Of a stretch of DNA of 64,000 nt, positions 12,611-27,099 are shown piece by piece. A model generated the notes under the pieces. The model searched no databases and was not told the origin of the DNA. It saw only the letters and a list, made by a program, of their open reading frames with translations. Position 1 is the first letter of the stretch, and each line of letters begins with the position of its first letter. The DNA is from Camelus dromedarius. Taxonomy: Eukaryota. Where the stretch lies: positions 67,272,001 through 67,336,000 of the forward strand of contig NC_087436.1 in the NCBI RefSeq assembly GCF_036321535.1. Direction: 5' to 3'. The position numbers and the translations under genes were made by a program.

Positions 12611-14389
12611 TCCCTCTTTAATAGGTTAATTCGATGGTATCAAACTGAATTTACACACACATGTATGTATATATTTCATCAAAAAATACTTGGTAAGTTG
12701 ATTATATACTTTCTAATGACTTCAAATTTCTAGCAAAGTATCTCAATTTTTAAATATTCTATTTGATTTTCCAAATTTGAAATGTCTATTTAAAATAGTT
12801 TGAAACTGATATTTTAAACACTCTTTGTTTCAGCAGTTCCCATGAGGAAATTTTCTTAGTTCACACAGCTATCTTAGGCAGTATATCCAGAAGGGTATTG
12901 GCCAGAAACTGCAGCTTGAAAGCAGGCCAACAAGAGGCATTCCTCATCATCAGAGATCCTTGCAGCAGCCATTCAGCAGACAGTTCAGATACAATGAAAT
13001 GGAATCCAGAATCTTCCCTGGTTTAAAACCTCTGTGCTTCATACCTATATGTAGGATCCTTGCAATGGTCATGTCAGTCACAAGAGTCACTGCCCTTAGG
13101 GGAAGCTCGAAGTTCAGAGTTCCTCTCACAGCCCAGAAGCAATTCGTAAATCAGGAAACATTTTTCATGTAAATACTCTTGCTTAGTACTGTAACTGGCA
13201 TTTTGCATTTCTCCTGTCCCAGTGAACAATGGATGAGAGTTAACCAAATGTTGGATACTCTTGCAGCAGAGTCAAGGGCTCGTTATTCCTCATCTACTCA
13301 GCGGGAACTGTGCTCATATGGGGCTAGCTCACGTGGAACTACTGGCTCATGCTGTTTAGGTTTCAAACACCTGAAAGTAGTGAAAGAAGACTATCTTTTC
13401 CAGGGCTTTGGGATTTCCACTCACCTATTCATTCAAAAAATAGAAATACTGAGTGTTTTCTGTTTGCTAAAACCTCTTCCAGGCTAAGGGCATAGCCAGG
13501 GAGCAAAACATCACATTCTTGTAGGAACACAAAATAAAGAGTGTTGAGAGAAAAATTAGGTGGGCTGTCTGGAATAGATTATTTATACCTGCTGATTAAA
13601 CATAGGGTGTTATTTATGTAAATTCTAGAGGCAGAGATGTAAAAGCATGAGTTCACAGAAATTGCAAGATGAAAAGATAATAGCAGATCCTATGAGGAAA
13701 TGGGAGAATGGCCTGACTGAGTAGGCAGTGCTAGCAGGGGCTTGCTTATATTCTGGTTCCCACTGTGAGAATTATGGCAGACCAGTTCTGACTGAAGGGC
13801 CACAAACAAGATGACAGACATGCCAGCACCACTCACAGAAGCCTAGACACAAGCCTGCTTCCTCAGCTACCCAAATACTTATATGTGGGCTTGAAATAGT
13901 AAAGTTGTCACATTCCAGGTTAAAAAGTAATTTCACCCCCCCGCCAAAATCATTTCATTCTAGCCCCTAAAGATCTGAAGTGTCTGATTAAAGAAGATAA
14001 TAAACAAATACACGGTCTTTTCTGAGGCAGCTCCTGAACAATAGGGGAATCTTTCATAGAAAACTGAGGTTAAAAATACATATTATCATGTTCCTATAAA
14101 ACCCACTGTCATTAAATATATAGAAATAATTCATAGGTGTTTGGATTCTTTCTAAGGCAGTCTTAAAAATTCTGCAGAGAAAATGTTTACATATCATTAA
14201 GACTGCATATTCTAAATTTGTTATATTTTTATAGATTAAAAGGAACAGACACTGAAACTATTAAAATGTCAAGGAAGTCTGTAAAATTGAGGCATAAAGT
14301 CTCTCTATTCAAAAGATTCAGTGTTAAATCAATTTTATACACAGAGACTGAGTTCTGTTTTAGTCACAAGTTGAGTGACAGAGTTTGGA

Positions 14390-14640
14390 ATGTGTACTAA
14401 GTACTAAAACACTTGCCCTTCATTCTGTAGGCCATAGACAGCCACAGAATGTTATAAGCAGTGGACAGTATGATCAGATTTGCATTTTGAAAGATCACTC
14501 TGTCAGCACTGTAGGAAAAGAATAGGAAGTGACAAGACTACAGACTGGGACACAATTCAGTATATGGAACAATCCATTGCAGAATAAGTACAATGGGCTG
14601 GAATGATGATGCAACAGAAGTGAAGTAGTTCAAGTGTTGT
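14390..14640 (-). mobile_element. L2 LINE remnant
   Basis: cattctgtaggccatagacagccac...tgatcagatttgcattttgaaagatcactctg is a typical antisense L2 segment. Confidence 0.65.
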
Positions 14641-15097
14641 ACATTAGGGCTAAAAAACATTTAAAAAGAAAAGAGAAGAAAACTCAGAAGTGGGAAGGGA
14701 TGTTGGCTGAAGGAAAAGTCTTATAACTCTTATCTCTCAGAGGTTGAAGAAAAAGATGTTGACTAAATGAAAAAAAATGGAGTATTTGGAAAGATGGAAG
14801 TAAAGATTACAAATTTAAGTGTTGACAGTGGCCATCCTAATAATATAGAGCAGTGTCTTTCTTATTTTAGTGGAAATAATGTCTTTACATCCATAAAGAA
14901 ATTATAGATAGATAGATATTGAAATATATCAGCTTTATATGTGTAAGTAGAAATGCAAGCATACTTTTTTGACCCTTGTGAAAAGTGAGGAGTAGTGAGG
15001 GGAGTTATGGGGACTGCACTGAGCTACACAGGTTATGACATAGCGAAAGGAAGCAAGAAGTACTTAAATCCGGCCTGTCATCATCATGAAGAAGTCA

Positions 15098-15340
15098 TCT
15101 AGTGCAGGGATTGAGAGTATGAACTCTGCATCCAGATGACCTGCCTGGATGTCTATCTCTGTCCCTTATTGGGACAGTAACCTCTGGCAAATCACTAAAC
15201 CTCTCTGCCTCAGTTTCTTTGTCTGTAAAATGGAGATTATAATATTTCTTACTCATAGTGCTTTTATTACTATTAAATTTCTTAATTCATTATAAGCACT
15301 TAGAAATAAACTTTACATACAGTGGGCACTCATTAAAGGA
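15098..15340 (+). mobile_element. MIR SINE
   Basis: Core ggcaaatcactaaacctctctgcctcagtttctttgtctgtaaaatggagattataata, followed by aagcacttagaa. Confidence 0.8.
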
Positions 15341-16699
15341 ATATAGTTTCTTTTGGCAAATGAGTTTCTTCTTGAGAGCCAACTCTGAAGTACTGTCAGT
15401 ACTTGTTTGGATCAATTCATTGGGAAAGATTGGTTACTAACTCAGAAGATCCAGGAGGTATTTGATTGTATATTACAATTACAACTTTCCAGAATCAAAA
15501 TGTACAAAATGATTTTAATCTACGAAAATCATTGTGATTTCTTTTTAATTGAATATTTTAGATTGTTGAGGTAATATGTATTTTAAAGTACTATTTTTCT
15601 AACACGTTCTTGCAAAATGACTTGAAGTATTAGAGGGATTTTGAAGCTTAGTGTTCTACATACCATTAATTGGCCACATTTAGTGTGATGTGCCGAGTAA
15701 TGGAATACCTTTTTTTTTTTTTAAGTTAAATATGCAATTACTACTGGAGACTAGCTATTTTCAAAGCAATAATATAATCACTGCTATTTGGTTTGATTTT
15801 CCTATACTTTAAATTTTAATACAGAAAATAGGAAAACTTGTTAGCTTACACTTTGAAAAATTATTTTTTAACTTTTTATTCCAGTAAATTAAATGCAGGA
15901 ATATACCTTCAGAAATTCCCTTCTTTTTTGTAGAGAAAATTCAGCATCTCAACAAAACTAGTCTCTTCAGAAACTTGCAATGGCTTATTAGTTTAAAATC
16001 ACCAATCTGTACAATTGAATAATACCCAGAGAACAACATATATATATGAGGAAAATCTAATGTAAAAATAATGTTTCTATCATAAGAGCTTCTGATATAT
16101 GCTGAAATTATATCTACATATAATTTGATTAATATGGAATTGTTCTATGCCTTTTGTCTGTGTGTTTCCAAATGGAAGAGTGAAAACTTAATTTCTATTA
16201 TGGAGAAATTTGCTAAGATATGAAGCAAGTGCATATTTGTGGTAAAGGTAAAGCTTTCCACAAAGCAAATATACCTCCATGCAGCTAGGCATCAGGTGGG
16301 AACTGCAGTACCAAGAACAAGCTGCTTACCTGCCTAGTGATGGTTCATAGACAATGATCTTGACAAGCTCTGACTGCCACTTTGAGAAAGCCGTTGAAAA
16401 GGTCAGGAATTGGTTTTGTGTAAGGGAGCACTGGGAGGTAGACACAGTGGCCATCTGAAGGGCAGTTGTTCATGACTACCAGTTTTCATGAGACTTGTTC
16501 ATGAGACAGTCCCATGAGGAACAGAAATACTGGGAAATATTTTGTTAAGGAGAGAGGGGTCAATAGGTATAGATACAGATATAGATAATTGATTTTTAAA
16601 ATATTAGAATATATATTTGAGTAGTTAATATGGCCTCATTTGGGCCTGGAGATATTGGTTAATGCATGATATAATTTTTTCAAAGTTGACATCTTATTC

Positions 16700-18300
16700 A
16701 GATAATGCTTTCAAATTCAGAATGCATTTTGAACATTTCATTAATTGTTTTGCTAAGACATTATTTTACGGACTATATTATGTTGCACTGCGTACCAAAA
16801 AAATTTCATTTAAGTAATATTTTCCTGTTAGAATTTAGATTGTTCTTCTTTCTTGCAACCATAAGTAGTTCACCACTAACCAATATCATGGAAAATGTCT
16901 TCAGAACATATTTCTGGAAGTGTGATTACTGATCATAATGTAACTATGTATCTAATGATTTTCACAGATGTTGCCTTGTTGCTTTATATAAATACTAAGA
17001 AAATTTATACTCTAACTCATAGTGTATCATAGTGACACTGTCACTATTCCCAAACTGATACTGGAATATTTTGTTTATGTGTGTATGCATATTTTATCAA
17101 TGTATTAAATGAAAAAATTTATCTCCTTTGTTTTCATTTGTGACTAAAATTGGTGCTACCATTTTTAATATTGTTGGTCTTCAGAATTTCCTTTTGCATA
17201 GTTTTAGTTTTGTCTTTTTGTTATTTTTCAATTAGGTTGTAGAATCAGTTTATTAAGGGTATTAATAATTTGCATGATACATATTTTATGTTTATTTTTC
17301 TGATTACTTTTTATGAAATTTGTGTAGAAAATTACTACTTTATATAATCACATATATATATTTTCTTTTATCTTTCTGTATTTGTTTACTTTAAAATATC
17401 TAAATTACATTTTAAAGTATTTTATGCTTTATTTTAATCTTTAATATATCTAAAATTGAATTTTATATATGATTTGAAATAGGCATTAATTTTAATTATA
17501 CTTTTTCAAAGGGTATCCATTTTCTTTGAGTTAACTACACTGTTTTGAAGTGCTTTGTTTATTATTCATCACACTATATATATATACGTATATATATATA
17601 TATATACACACACACATAATGTATATAGTACTTTGTTTTGGAACTTTCTACACTGTTTCATTCTCTGTTTATTAATGTTTCAGGAAGACAATTATTCAAC
17701 TATTTTAGACTTAATATGCTCTTTAATATCTGATAATGCTAATCTGTCCTTTTTTTCCCCCCTTATGTTCTTATTCATATAGATGAAATTTAAAATCTGT
17801 CAATGTCCAGTTTTCACATACCCCTCCCCCATATCCCAATTTTAGGGGACTTTTATTGTGGTTTTACTAAACTTTAACAAAGTTGGGGAAATTAATATCT
17901 CAATAGTGTTTGCTACACCCATGCATAATGCAGTGCTTCCATTTGGTAAAATTTTTTTAATGACTCTCCTTAACATTTTGAAGTTTTGGACTTGTAGTAA
18001 ATTTGCATTTCTTTTTGAGGTGTTTTATGATTTTGCATTGTCAGTAGTACTCCACACTACTTGCCTATTCCAAGTTCATGAAGACTGTTTTTATTTATAT
18101 TATAACCTGGAAATTATAAGAAGCTTTCAATTCTAGTTGTTTTTTTAAATGATAATATTTTTTTCAGTTAGACAATGTGCGTGGTATAAAGACTAATAAT
18201 TTTCTTCACCTTTGTAATTATAAATTCGTATTTATCATCTTATTGCATTTTGATATGAAAAATTATAATACGGGAGACCCCTAGGCATCCTTTCCTTCCA
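16700..18300 (-). mobile_element. Highly diverged L1M(E) ORF2/3' remnant
   Basis: T-rich antisense L1-like tract with several degenerate L1M motifs. No intact ORF. Confidence 0.45.
17575..17617. repeat. (TA)n(CA)n microsatellite
   Basis: tatatatatacgtatatatatatatatacacacacaca. Confidence 0.9.
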
Positions 18301-18939
18301 GAATTAATGTTATTAGATCTGGATTGGTATTTCAGTATTTTCTTTGAGACACCAGTCACTTTGAGTCCCTGCAGCTGAGAGTACCAGCTTCCCTGCGCAT
18401 GTTCCAGGTATTAGCGTGGGATCCAGGTCTGGACAATCAGCACATCAAATCTGTCTCACACTGACTAGACCAAGGATGACCACATGAACAATTCTTCATT
18501 CATCATATGATATTTTCTCTATGTCATCTTGTCAGCTTTGGTTTTTGACTTTGAATTTAGTATGTGAACAAAATAAATCTGAAAAATTCAATTATGAGAC
18601 ATTGACTTAAAGTGTTACAAAGAGAGAATCTTTTCTCCATCATAATTCAACATGAGAACATGAATGCTGGTAAATCTAGGTTAAGAAAAAGTTATGTAAA
18701 TCAAAGAAATGCCAAAAGTAGAAGAGTGAAAATATAGAGAATAATTTTCTTGAACCCCAACTGCTCACAGGGAAATTTCTAAAACAGATGAGTTTTCCTT
18801 ATGTATCTGTGGAATGGTTACATGATGGGGTGCAGTAGAATCTGTATGTGCAGGATATAGATAGACATTTGAGTTATATATGTCAAAACATGCTAGGATA
18901 AGCAGATGTAAAGATTTATTCTGCAGCTCCTAAGGCTCT

Positions 18940-19190
18940 CTCTTCTATGCAATGACATAAGGATCCAGGCCAATTCTATCTACAACTTTGTAACCTCAGC
19001 CCACTTTCCCTGTTGTCTCCTCAAAGGCTCACAGTTCTCAACTTGAAGTGTCACATGTCATTTCTGTTTATATATAATTGACTAGAACTGTTAACATGAT
19101 TCATCCTGCTTTGAGAAGACTAAGAAGTCTGCATTTCTTGTATGCCTGGAAAATGGAAGATAACAGTAAGGGTAAATGGTATTAATTTCC
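18940..19190 (-). mobile_element. Old MaLR LTR remnant (MLT1J/K-like)
   Basis: aaggatccaggc...gaagtgtcacatgtcatttctgttt...attgactagaactgttaacatga resembles old MLT1. Confidence 0.4.
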
Positions 19191-19312
19191 CTGACTGTAG
19201 TTAATTAATAGTTTATGTGTTTTCTCACTCAGAGAGGAGGGAATGATTCCAAAGTTTTCTCTCTGTTAAAGCCACTATAATTCTCTTGTTATTTTGACAT
19301 AGGAGCGCCATC

Positions 19313-19318
<6 letters not shown>

Positions 19319-19362
<44 letters not shown>
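19319..19362. repeat. (AC)22 microsatellite
   Basis: Perfect AC dinucleotide run. Confidence 0.97.
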
Positions 19363-19367
<5 letters not shown>

Positions 19368-20017
19368 TGGAGTCAAGCCTGAAATTTGCAAGTTGGTGGT
19401 AAATACGTAAAAAAGAAAAAATGCATGGAAATAAGGAATAGAAACATGCCTGTTTGGGAATTTAATGAATGAAAAAAGACATTTCATGTCAGTGGAGAAG
19501 AGTCCCATTTAGTATTTCTGAAATGCCTGTGGTATCGCAGAAACATGCATTTTATATGATTGTGTTACTTTTAGTCAGGAAAATAACAACAATTACTAAA
19601 AATATAAGTAACGTGGACAAATATTATCACTTTAGAAGAATTTCACATCTAAAATTTTACCTCTTGTTTCTCACATCTTTTTTTTTCATTCCTGTGTTGA
19701 TGAGTTTATTTATAAAAGGAAGTACATTTTTCAAATACTAATAATTGTATGCTGTGATGGAAAACATCATTTTACTATTTGGACATGTTTTACAGTGTAT
19801 GTAATCTAAACAGGGCTGATGATTTCCTGGAGAAAATTGGACCACTAGAATTACTGTAATGTTTTGTTTAAAGTCTATGTAAAATGGATTGTGAAGCAAA
19901 TATGTATGAGTGCGTGCACACACAAAGGCAAGTGCAAATATTTCAGTAACCCTGGCTGTGCAGCATTTTTCTATACTGGATAATGTGTTTATTTTAACTA
20001 TACATCTAATATATCTA

Positions 20018-20023
<6 letters not shown>

Positions 20024-20069
<46 letters not shown>
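20024..20069. repeat. (TA)23 microsatellite
   Basis: Perfect TA run. Confidence 0.97.
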
Positions 20070-20072
<3 letters not shown>

Positions 20073-22564
20073 TTGTGTATTTTATATTGCATATGAATAT
20101 GTTAATACCGACTTTAGGAAAAAATTACAACTAGTGGATTTTAACTATTCATTGAATATTTAGAGGCTCAAGAAGTGAAGTAAGTTTAATTGTTATTCCA
20201 TTACCAAAAATGTACCTTATTACAGCTTGTTCAAGTGAGTTAAAATAGGGATAGAAAGAGGAAGGAGATGGGAAAAGCAAATACAAAAACAGATTGCACA
20301 AAATGAAGAGAACTGATATGAGTATCTTCATAGAACATTAAGATGTGATATTTATATTTATAAAAACTGAATTAGATTTTATCTTTATTTCTGTTACTTC
20401 CTAATAATTCACATTAATTAACTTCTATGTATGTGAAAAGAGCTTTTAGCTTTAGAGGTACAAAAACAAACAAGCGGACTGAATGCAGGATGCCTAGTTT
20501 TAGAAACTGGTTTTAGAAAGCTGACTACTTCCAAGTCATTCTCAATATGTCCAAATATAAATGAGCTCTTGTAGCTCATTACAGATTGCCCATCACAAGA
20601 TTGAATACTAAGTCAAAATGGATTTGAAATAGTAAGAATTACAGGAAGGAAATACTGAAATTATGGAAACAAAAGAAGCCCTTCTTAGAACACTTAAGCC
20701 AATAAGTGGTATAGGGAGAATCCATAAATAAATCTTGGCCACAAATGTCCAGGAATTAGAATAATGCAAATAAATGAATATCAATAAGGTCATTTAATAT
20801 TTTAACTAAACTTATTTATAGAAAAAAATAGCACAAAGCTATGGTGTATTAGTAATTGCATAGAATATATTAATATTAGACTAAAATAATTGAAAACTCC
20901 AATCTCTTGCAGCACACTCTTATACATAGTGTTACATGATTTTAAAAAATACCGTATAAATATATATCATTTGTCCATTATGAGATTATATTCTACATTT
21001 TTTCACTTAAATCACTGTAATAAAATGCATTCATGATGTAGTATAATAGCACTGGAGATGTAGAAAACTACATGAATTAACGTTATTGTTTTGTCTCTAT
21101 TCATCACCAATTTAGTCTTTTATAAACTGAAGAAAAATAGGAAAATGGGGAAAAAAGCTCTTAGGCCTGTCAGGATTAATTGCACTGCCAGTGTTGTTAA
21201 TCTCTCTCTATTCAAAAGAGTACAAAAAAGAGAGCCCCTAAACAAAATTAGGTAAAAACCCAGTAAAGAGTCTCAAAAATACTGGTAGAGTTACTGGTTA
21301 AACCTTAATATCTATTCTTCAGGGACAATTTTTCAACATTTAAACTTCAGAGTATCCCAAGAGGAGGCTTTTTTTGGAAACAAGCTGTAGACATCTGGAG
21401 TCAGAGATTTGCATTAGCAGTGTTAGGTGAAATGTGGGTGGATGTTAGCATCTCTTTTCTTCAGAAATGTTTTGGAACGCTACTGTACAATACTCTGCAG
21501 AGCAGGCAGATTCCTGTAATTATGCCACACAAACCCTCCCATTGCAGGCAATGAAGATTTTACACACAGAGCAAGTGAAAGGCTGTATTTTCAGGGACCG
21601 TTTCTTTAGTGAGTAACAAGAGTGGTGAAATAATAGGGTCTTTTATTTACAGAGTTCTTTAGTTCAAAGAGCTCAAAGGAAGTGGTAGTCATGATCTCAT
21701 TAACGAGCAAAGCAGCTCTGTGAGAAAACATAGGACCAATAACCATATTCTGCATATAGGGAAACTTGGACTTAGAAAGTTGTGTGTGAGACCCAATTAT
21801 CTTTATGTCTGTATGTGATGGGCATAGTAATGGAAATACAACACTGTGAGACCTCCACTGCACAAAGCCATAGCTTGGCTGCCTCCCAGGCAGCCTCCTG
21901 CAGGTTGCTTGATTATACACGGTGGTTGTAGCTTGTCTTAGTTTTCTTCCTAGTCCATATAATATTCCCCACAAGCCCATGGAAGTTCCTATATGTAAGA
22001 CACAATCAGAGTCATAATAAATTTGCTAAAGGTGGTTTCCATACAGGCTTAAATATGATCTTTCCATCAAGGTAATTTAGTTTTATATATGTTGCTTTAG
22101 ATGGATTGATGCCAAGATTTTGTTTGGGTCAACAAAACACTGGTAGAATTTTGCTGTGGTTATAGTAAATCTCAGGTTAGGATAAAATCAAAGCTCTATG
22201 AGAAAGAATTAGAGGGACCTTTAGGAAAAGTTGTAGCATATGCTTTGCTGAAAAGCCAGATTCATTCACTTTCTGTGTATTTATGAAAATAATTATAAAA
22301 TTCCAAGTTAGCGATACTCACAAAGCGCAAAAAATACAGATCAAAGGCAGTTACATTTCATTAATCTTAGAGAAAAATTAAAAACTGCCTTCAGAGTAGA
22401 TTAGCCCATGCTAAAATTTCCTATATTTTCATGTACATTCTCCTGAATCAGTTGTCACAAAGTAACAGTAATCAGTGATTTACTGAGTTTTCAATATCTC
22501 TTGCTGTGCTTCTTGGATAATCCTGAACTGCAACACTATTAAACATTCCAAATGGCTAATTCTT

Positions 22565-24278
22565 TTTTTCTCTACTTTGTTTATTTATGTTTTATAGTCA
22601 TTTTACAATGTTGTGTCAATTTCTGGTATACAACATAATGCTTAAGTTATATATGTACATACATATATTCCTTTTCACATTCTTTTTCATTATAGATTAC
22701 TATAAGATACTGAATCTTATAGTTCCCTGTGCTATACAGAAGAAACTTGTTGTTTACCTATTTTATATATAGTAGTTAGTATTTGCAAATCTCGAATCTC
22801 AGTTTATCTCTTCCCACCCCTTTTCCTCCCTGGTAACCTTAAGTTTGTTTTCTATGTCTGTGAGTCTGTTTCTTATTTGTTAATAAGCTCATGAATGTCT
22901 TTTTTTTTTTTTTTTTTGGATTCCACATATGAGTAATATCATATGGTATGCTTCTTTCTCTTTCTGGCTTACTTCACTTAGAATGAAGATCTCCAGGTCC
23001 ATCCATGTTTCTGCAAATGGCTTTATTTTATTTTTTATGGCTGAGTAGTATTCCATTGTATAAATATATCACAACTTCTTTATCTATTCATCTGTCTGTG
23101 GACATTTAGATTGTTTCTATGTCTTGGCTATTGTAAATAGTGCTGCTGTGAATATTGGGGTGCATATATCTTTTTGAATTAAGGTTCCCTCTGGATATAT
23201 GCCCAGGGGTAGGATTGCTAGATCATATGGTAAGTCTGTTGTTAGACTTTCGAGGAGTTTCCATACTGTTTTCCATAATGGCTGCACCAAACTATATTCC
23301 CACCAGCAATGTAGGAGGATTCCTTTTTCTCTACACCCCCTCCAGCATGTATCATTTGTGGACTTTTGAATGATGGCTATTCTGACTGGTGTGAGGTGAT
23401 ACCTCATTGTAGTTTTGATTTGCGTTTCTCTGATATTTAGAGATATTGAGCATTTTTATCATGTGCCTCTTTAGCCATTTGTATGTCTTCATTGGAGAAT
23501 TACTTGTTTACATTTTATGCCCATTTTTGGATTGGGTTCTTTGTTTTGTTTTGTTTTGTTTTGTTTTGTTATGAAGTTGTATGAGCTGTTTATATATTCT
23601 GGAAATTAAGCCCTTGTCAGTTGCATCATTTGCAAATATTTTCACCCATTTCCTAGGCTGTCTTTTTTATTGTTTCTTTATGATTCTCTTTGCTGTACAA
23701 AAGCTTATAAGTTTAATTAGGTCCCATTTGTATATTTTTTGCTTTTATTTCTTTTGCCTGGGTATGCTGCCTGAGGAGAACATTGCTAAGATTTGTCAGA
23801 AAATGTTTTGCCTATTTTTTCCTTCTAGGGAATTTATAGTGTCTTTTCTTATGTTTAAGTTTTTAAGCCACTTGCTGAAGAGACTGTCTTTTCTCCATTG
23901 TATATTCTTGTCAACTCTGTCGAAGATTAATTGATTATAAGTCTATGGATTTATTTCTGGGCTTTCTATTCTGTTCCATTGATCCAGATGTCTGTTTTTG
24001 TGCCAATACTACACTATTTTGATTACTGTAGCTCTGTAGTATTGCCTGAAGTCAAGGATGGTTATTACTCCAGCTTCATTCTTTTTCTTCAGTATTGCTT
24101 TGGCAATTCTGAGCCTCTTGTGAATCCACATAAATTTTAGAATTATTTGTTTTAGTTCTGTGAAAATTGTCATGGATAATTTCATAGAGATCACATTAAA
24201 CCTGTAGATTTCTCTGGGTAGTATGGTCATTTCAACAACATTAATTCTTTTTATCCAAGAGCATGGGATGTCTTTCCA
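22565..24278 (-). mobile_element. 5'-truncated L1 (~1.7 kb; ORF2 C-terminus and 3' UTR)
   Basis: Minus-strand ORF fragments [13 protein letters not shown]...CWRGC..LLHCWWE and [18 protein letters not shown] are L1 ORF2. TSD ccaaatg(g/t)ctaattctt at 22548-22564 and 24279-24295. Confidence 0.96.
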
Positions 24279-25989
24279 CCAAATGTCTAATTCTTATGTC
24301 TAAGAGTCAAATTTATAGAATTGAAAACACATCTATATTTTAATAACAACTATTTTTATTACTTGAAGAACTTGAGAATAATTTCCATGTTCATGGTTTC
24401 ATAGTCAGTATTCAAAATTTATGATTCAAGTATATTTTGCAAAGATGAGAGCATGTGAACTTAGAATAAATGCTTACGTGTCATCAACCATGATGCTGAG
24501 ATGCTATAATTGAGTTTAAACACTAATATTAGAGTTCTTTCTCCCTGGAATTTTTTCAGCTTTTTCTGAGTTTTCCTAAGCTATAAAATGGAGATATTTA
24601 ATAAGGTTGTTTCATCAATAAGCCAAAGTTATTAGAGTGTTTGGTAAGTACTAGCATTCTATGCTTCAAAAATTTCTATTTTTTATGGAGAAAGCAAAGT
24701 AATGATTGGTTGACAAAATAAAAGTGAGAAGAAAAATATTTATGTAACTTTCCTCAGTGATGTGAATAAAATTCAGTTAATCAGTTGGGTGATTCTCAGC
24801 TAAAATAACCTAAATGGTGAATTTGTCTAGCCCTTTTCTCTTCTACCAAAAGCTATTAAATGGACACTGGAGAACCAGCACAGAAGTTAAATGATTCCTT
24901 CTTGATCACATGCTACCATACAATAGACTGAAGAGTCAGATTCCGTCCTCTGTGCTATCCAGACTCTATACTTAACATGCCATTTATAGGTTCAGAAAAT
25001 TATTTACGTCTATTGGAAATAAAATCTCAAGCATTGTCCAAAGTCTGGAATTACTTTCTGGAATTCTCTTTCTTCCCTTTGGGAGGTGCCAGAATTGTTC
25101 TTTCCTTTGCTTTTCACATAAAAGTGAAAATAATTTAAGATCTTTATCTACACCATGTAATCTGTTTACAGATTGCTCTTTGTGGTTAATGTCTGTAGTT
25201 ACTCTTTTCCCAGATAATGAAAATCTTAATGAAATTGTTGTTGAGAAACTCCATTAGAGTTACCCCAGTATGTATGGCAGCCATGATTCTCCTCTCTTTC
25301 TATTAAGCCAGAGAGTGCAAATCTTAGGAAAAACTGGGTGATTTCAGTGTATCCTTTACATTTGAATTCACTTTTTCTCAAAGGATGTTGTTAATATTAA
25401 ATAAAATTATATATATAAGGTGTCTAACACACAGCAGGTGCCAGTAAGGTCCCATGTCTCTTTTCTTATTTATGGGAAATCCTGGCACAGTAAATAACGG
25501 CCTAACTAGGTTCATCTTGGATGTAAAAACAAATAGATTATTGTAGTTTATTACAAGTGACAATCCTTATAAAACAGCAAGTTTTAACACTAAAATGTAT
25601 TTGCATACATGACTTTAATGGAATATAAGTTAGTTATGCATATTTTAAAAATAAGAATGAAGATATATTCCATAATTTCATGTAAAACAAACATCGATTT
25701 TTGTACGGTATGATTTCAAGTGAAATGTACTTTAAAAGCTGTGCTACCCAACATTATTATCTTTGGACCAAATTAAATTTAAGAGGCTCAATAACAAATG
25801 ATGCACATATTTTTTTTATGAATGTTTCTACAGGCTATGGCCTTGGATTTGAATAACCACACCAAATCCCTTCTAGTAATTAATTATTTATATATATAGA
25901 ATAAAATAGATATATTTAATAATTAATATAAATAATAATATAATAGTAATTTTATATATATATATAAAAACTTTGTGTGAGTACATCAC

Positions 25990-26490
25990 ACATTGGTTAC
26001 CTACTGCTGTGTAAGCAGTTGCCACAAAACTTAACCATCTAGAGAAATGCACATACATATATTTATTATCTCGTATTTTCTTTCTGTAGGTTAGAAATCT
26101 AGACAGTGCTTAAGGTCCTTTGCTTTATAGTCACTCACAAGGCAGCAGTAAAGTTGTGGGCCCAGGGTTTGTGGACTCATCTGAAATGTCAGCTGGAGGG
26201 ATTTGTGCTTCCAAGTTCACTCAGTAGTTTTTGGCAGCATTCTTTTCCTCAGAGTTCCTTGTCACTTGGACCTCTCCAAAGTGAAGATTTAACTGCTTCA
26301 TCAAAGCCAGTAAATGAGTCTTCCAGCAAGATGGAAGTCATAATCTTTTGTAACTTAATCACAGAAGAAGCATCTCATACTTTTACTAAATTCTGTTGGG
26401 TAGTTGTCACTGTGTCCAGCCCACACACAAAGGCAAGGAATTTCACAAGGGCATAAATACCAGGAGGTAGGGATCATTGAGAAATCTCTT
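25990..26490 (-). mobile_element. MaLR LTR (MLT1F/G-like)
   Basis: attggttacctactgctgtgtaagc...tctgtaggttagaaatc...gggcataaataccaggaggtagggatcattg. Confidence 0.65.
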
Positions 26491-26859
26491 CAATTACTGT
26501 TTAAGGAACTTTGAAGTGATACTTTAAATATGTTTCAATATCCAAAAACTTAAATGAAAACTTAGGAATTTGTGTTAAGTCTAAGAAATAATGTACAAAA
26601 TTGAAGCATATTCTAGAAAAAAAACACATCACTGAGATAAATGAGTAGCTCAGATATTTATAACTTAATTCAGGCTCATATGATATAAAAATGATCTAGG
26701 TCTGGTAAATATAAGATTTACTTGAAATGCTTTAGAATCTGTTGGAGTTTACACAATGAGGAACTATTTTTTAATTTCTAGGGAGTATGTATGTTTTTAA
26801 AAATTGATTTTGGTTCTATTTCTTTCTGAATGCTGTACATAAACCCATGCATTTGTCCA

Positions 26860-27010
26860 TATCTGAGTGTGCATACTCTGATACCTTCTTCAGTTCATAT
26901 TTTGGCTCAACTGTGTACTGATTATATGTCTTAGACGAGTGATTTAATTTTTTTGCCTCAGTTTCCTCATCCTTAAATTATAAGGATATTTAAAACTTAA
27001 TGTGCAAAAT
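26860..27010 (+). mobile_element. MIR remnant
   Basis: cttagacgagtgatttaa...gcctcagtttcctcatcc core. Confidence 0.55.
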
Positions 27011-27099
27011 ACATGTTCAGTTAATGAAAAAATTAAGATATAATTTATATAATGATACTTTTTTTCTCACACCTCATGTAATTCTCATAGTTGATGAAC

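Noticed and set aside
21606..21980. 124-aa minus-strand ORF
   Set aside because: No recognisable domain or exon structure. The length is compatible with chance.
23581..24140. Similar hydrophobic plus-strand ORFs here and at 61601-62337 looking like a paralogous gene pair
   Set aside because: They are antisense translations of two L1 ORF2 copies.
25875..25970. Nearly pure AT quasi-palindromic tract
   Set aside because: Low-complexity degenerate TA repeat. Self-complementarity is expected from composition.
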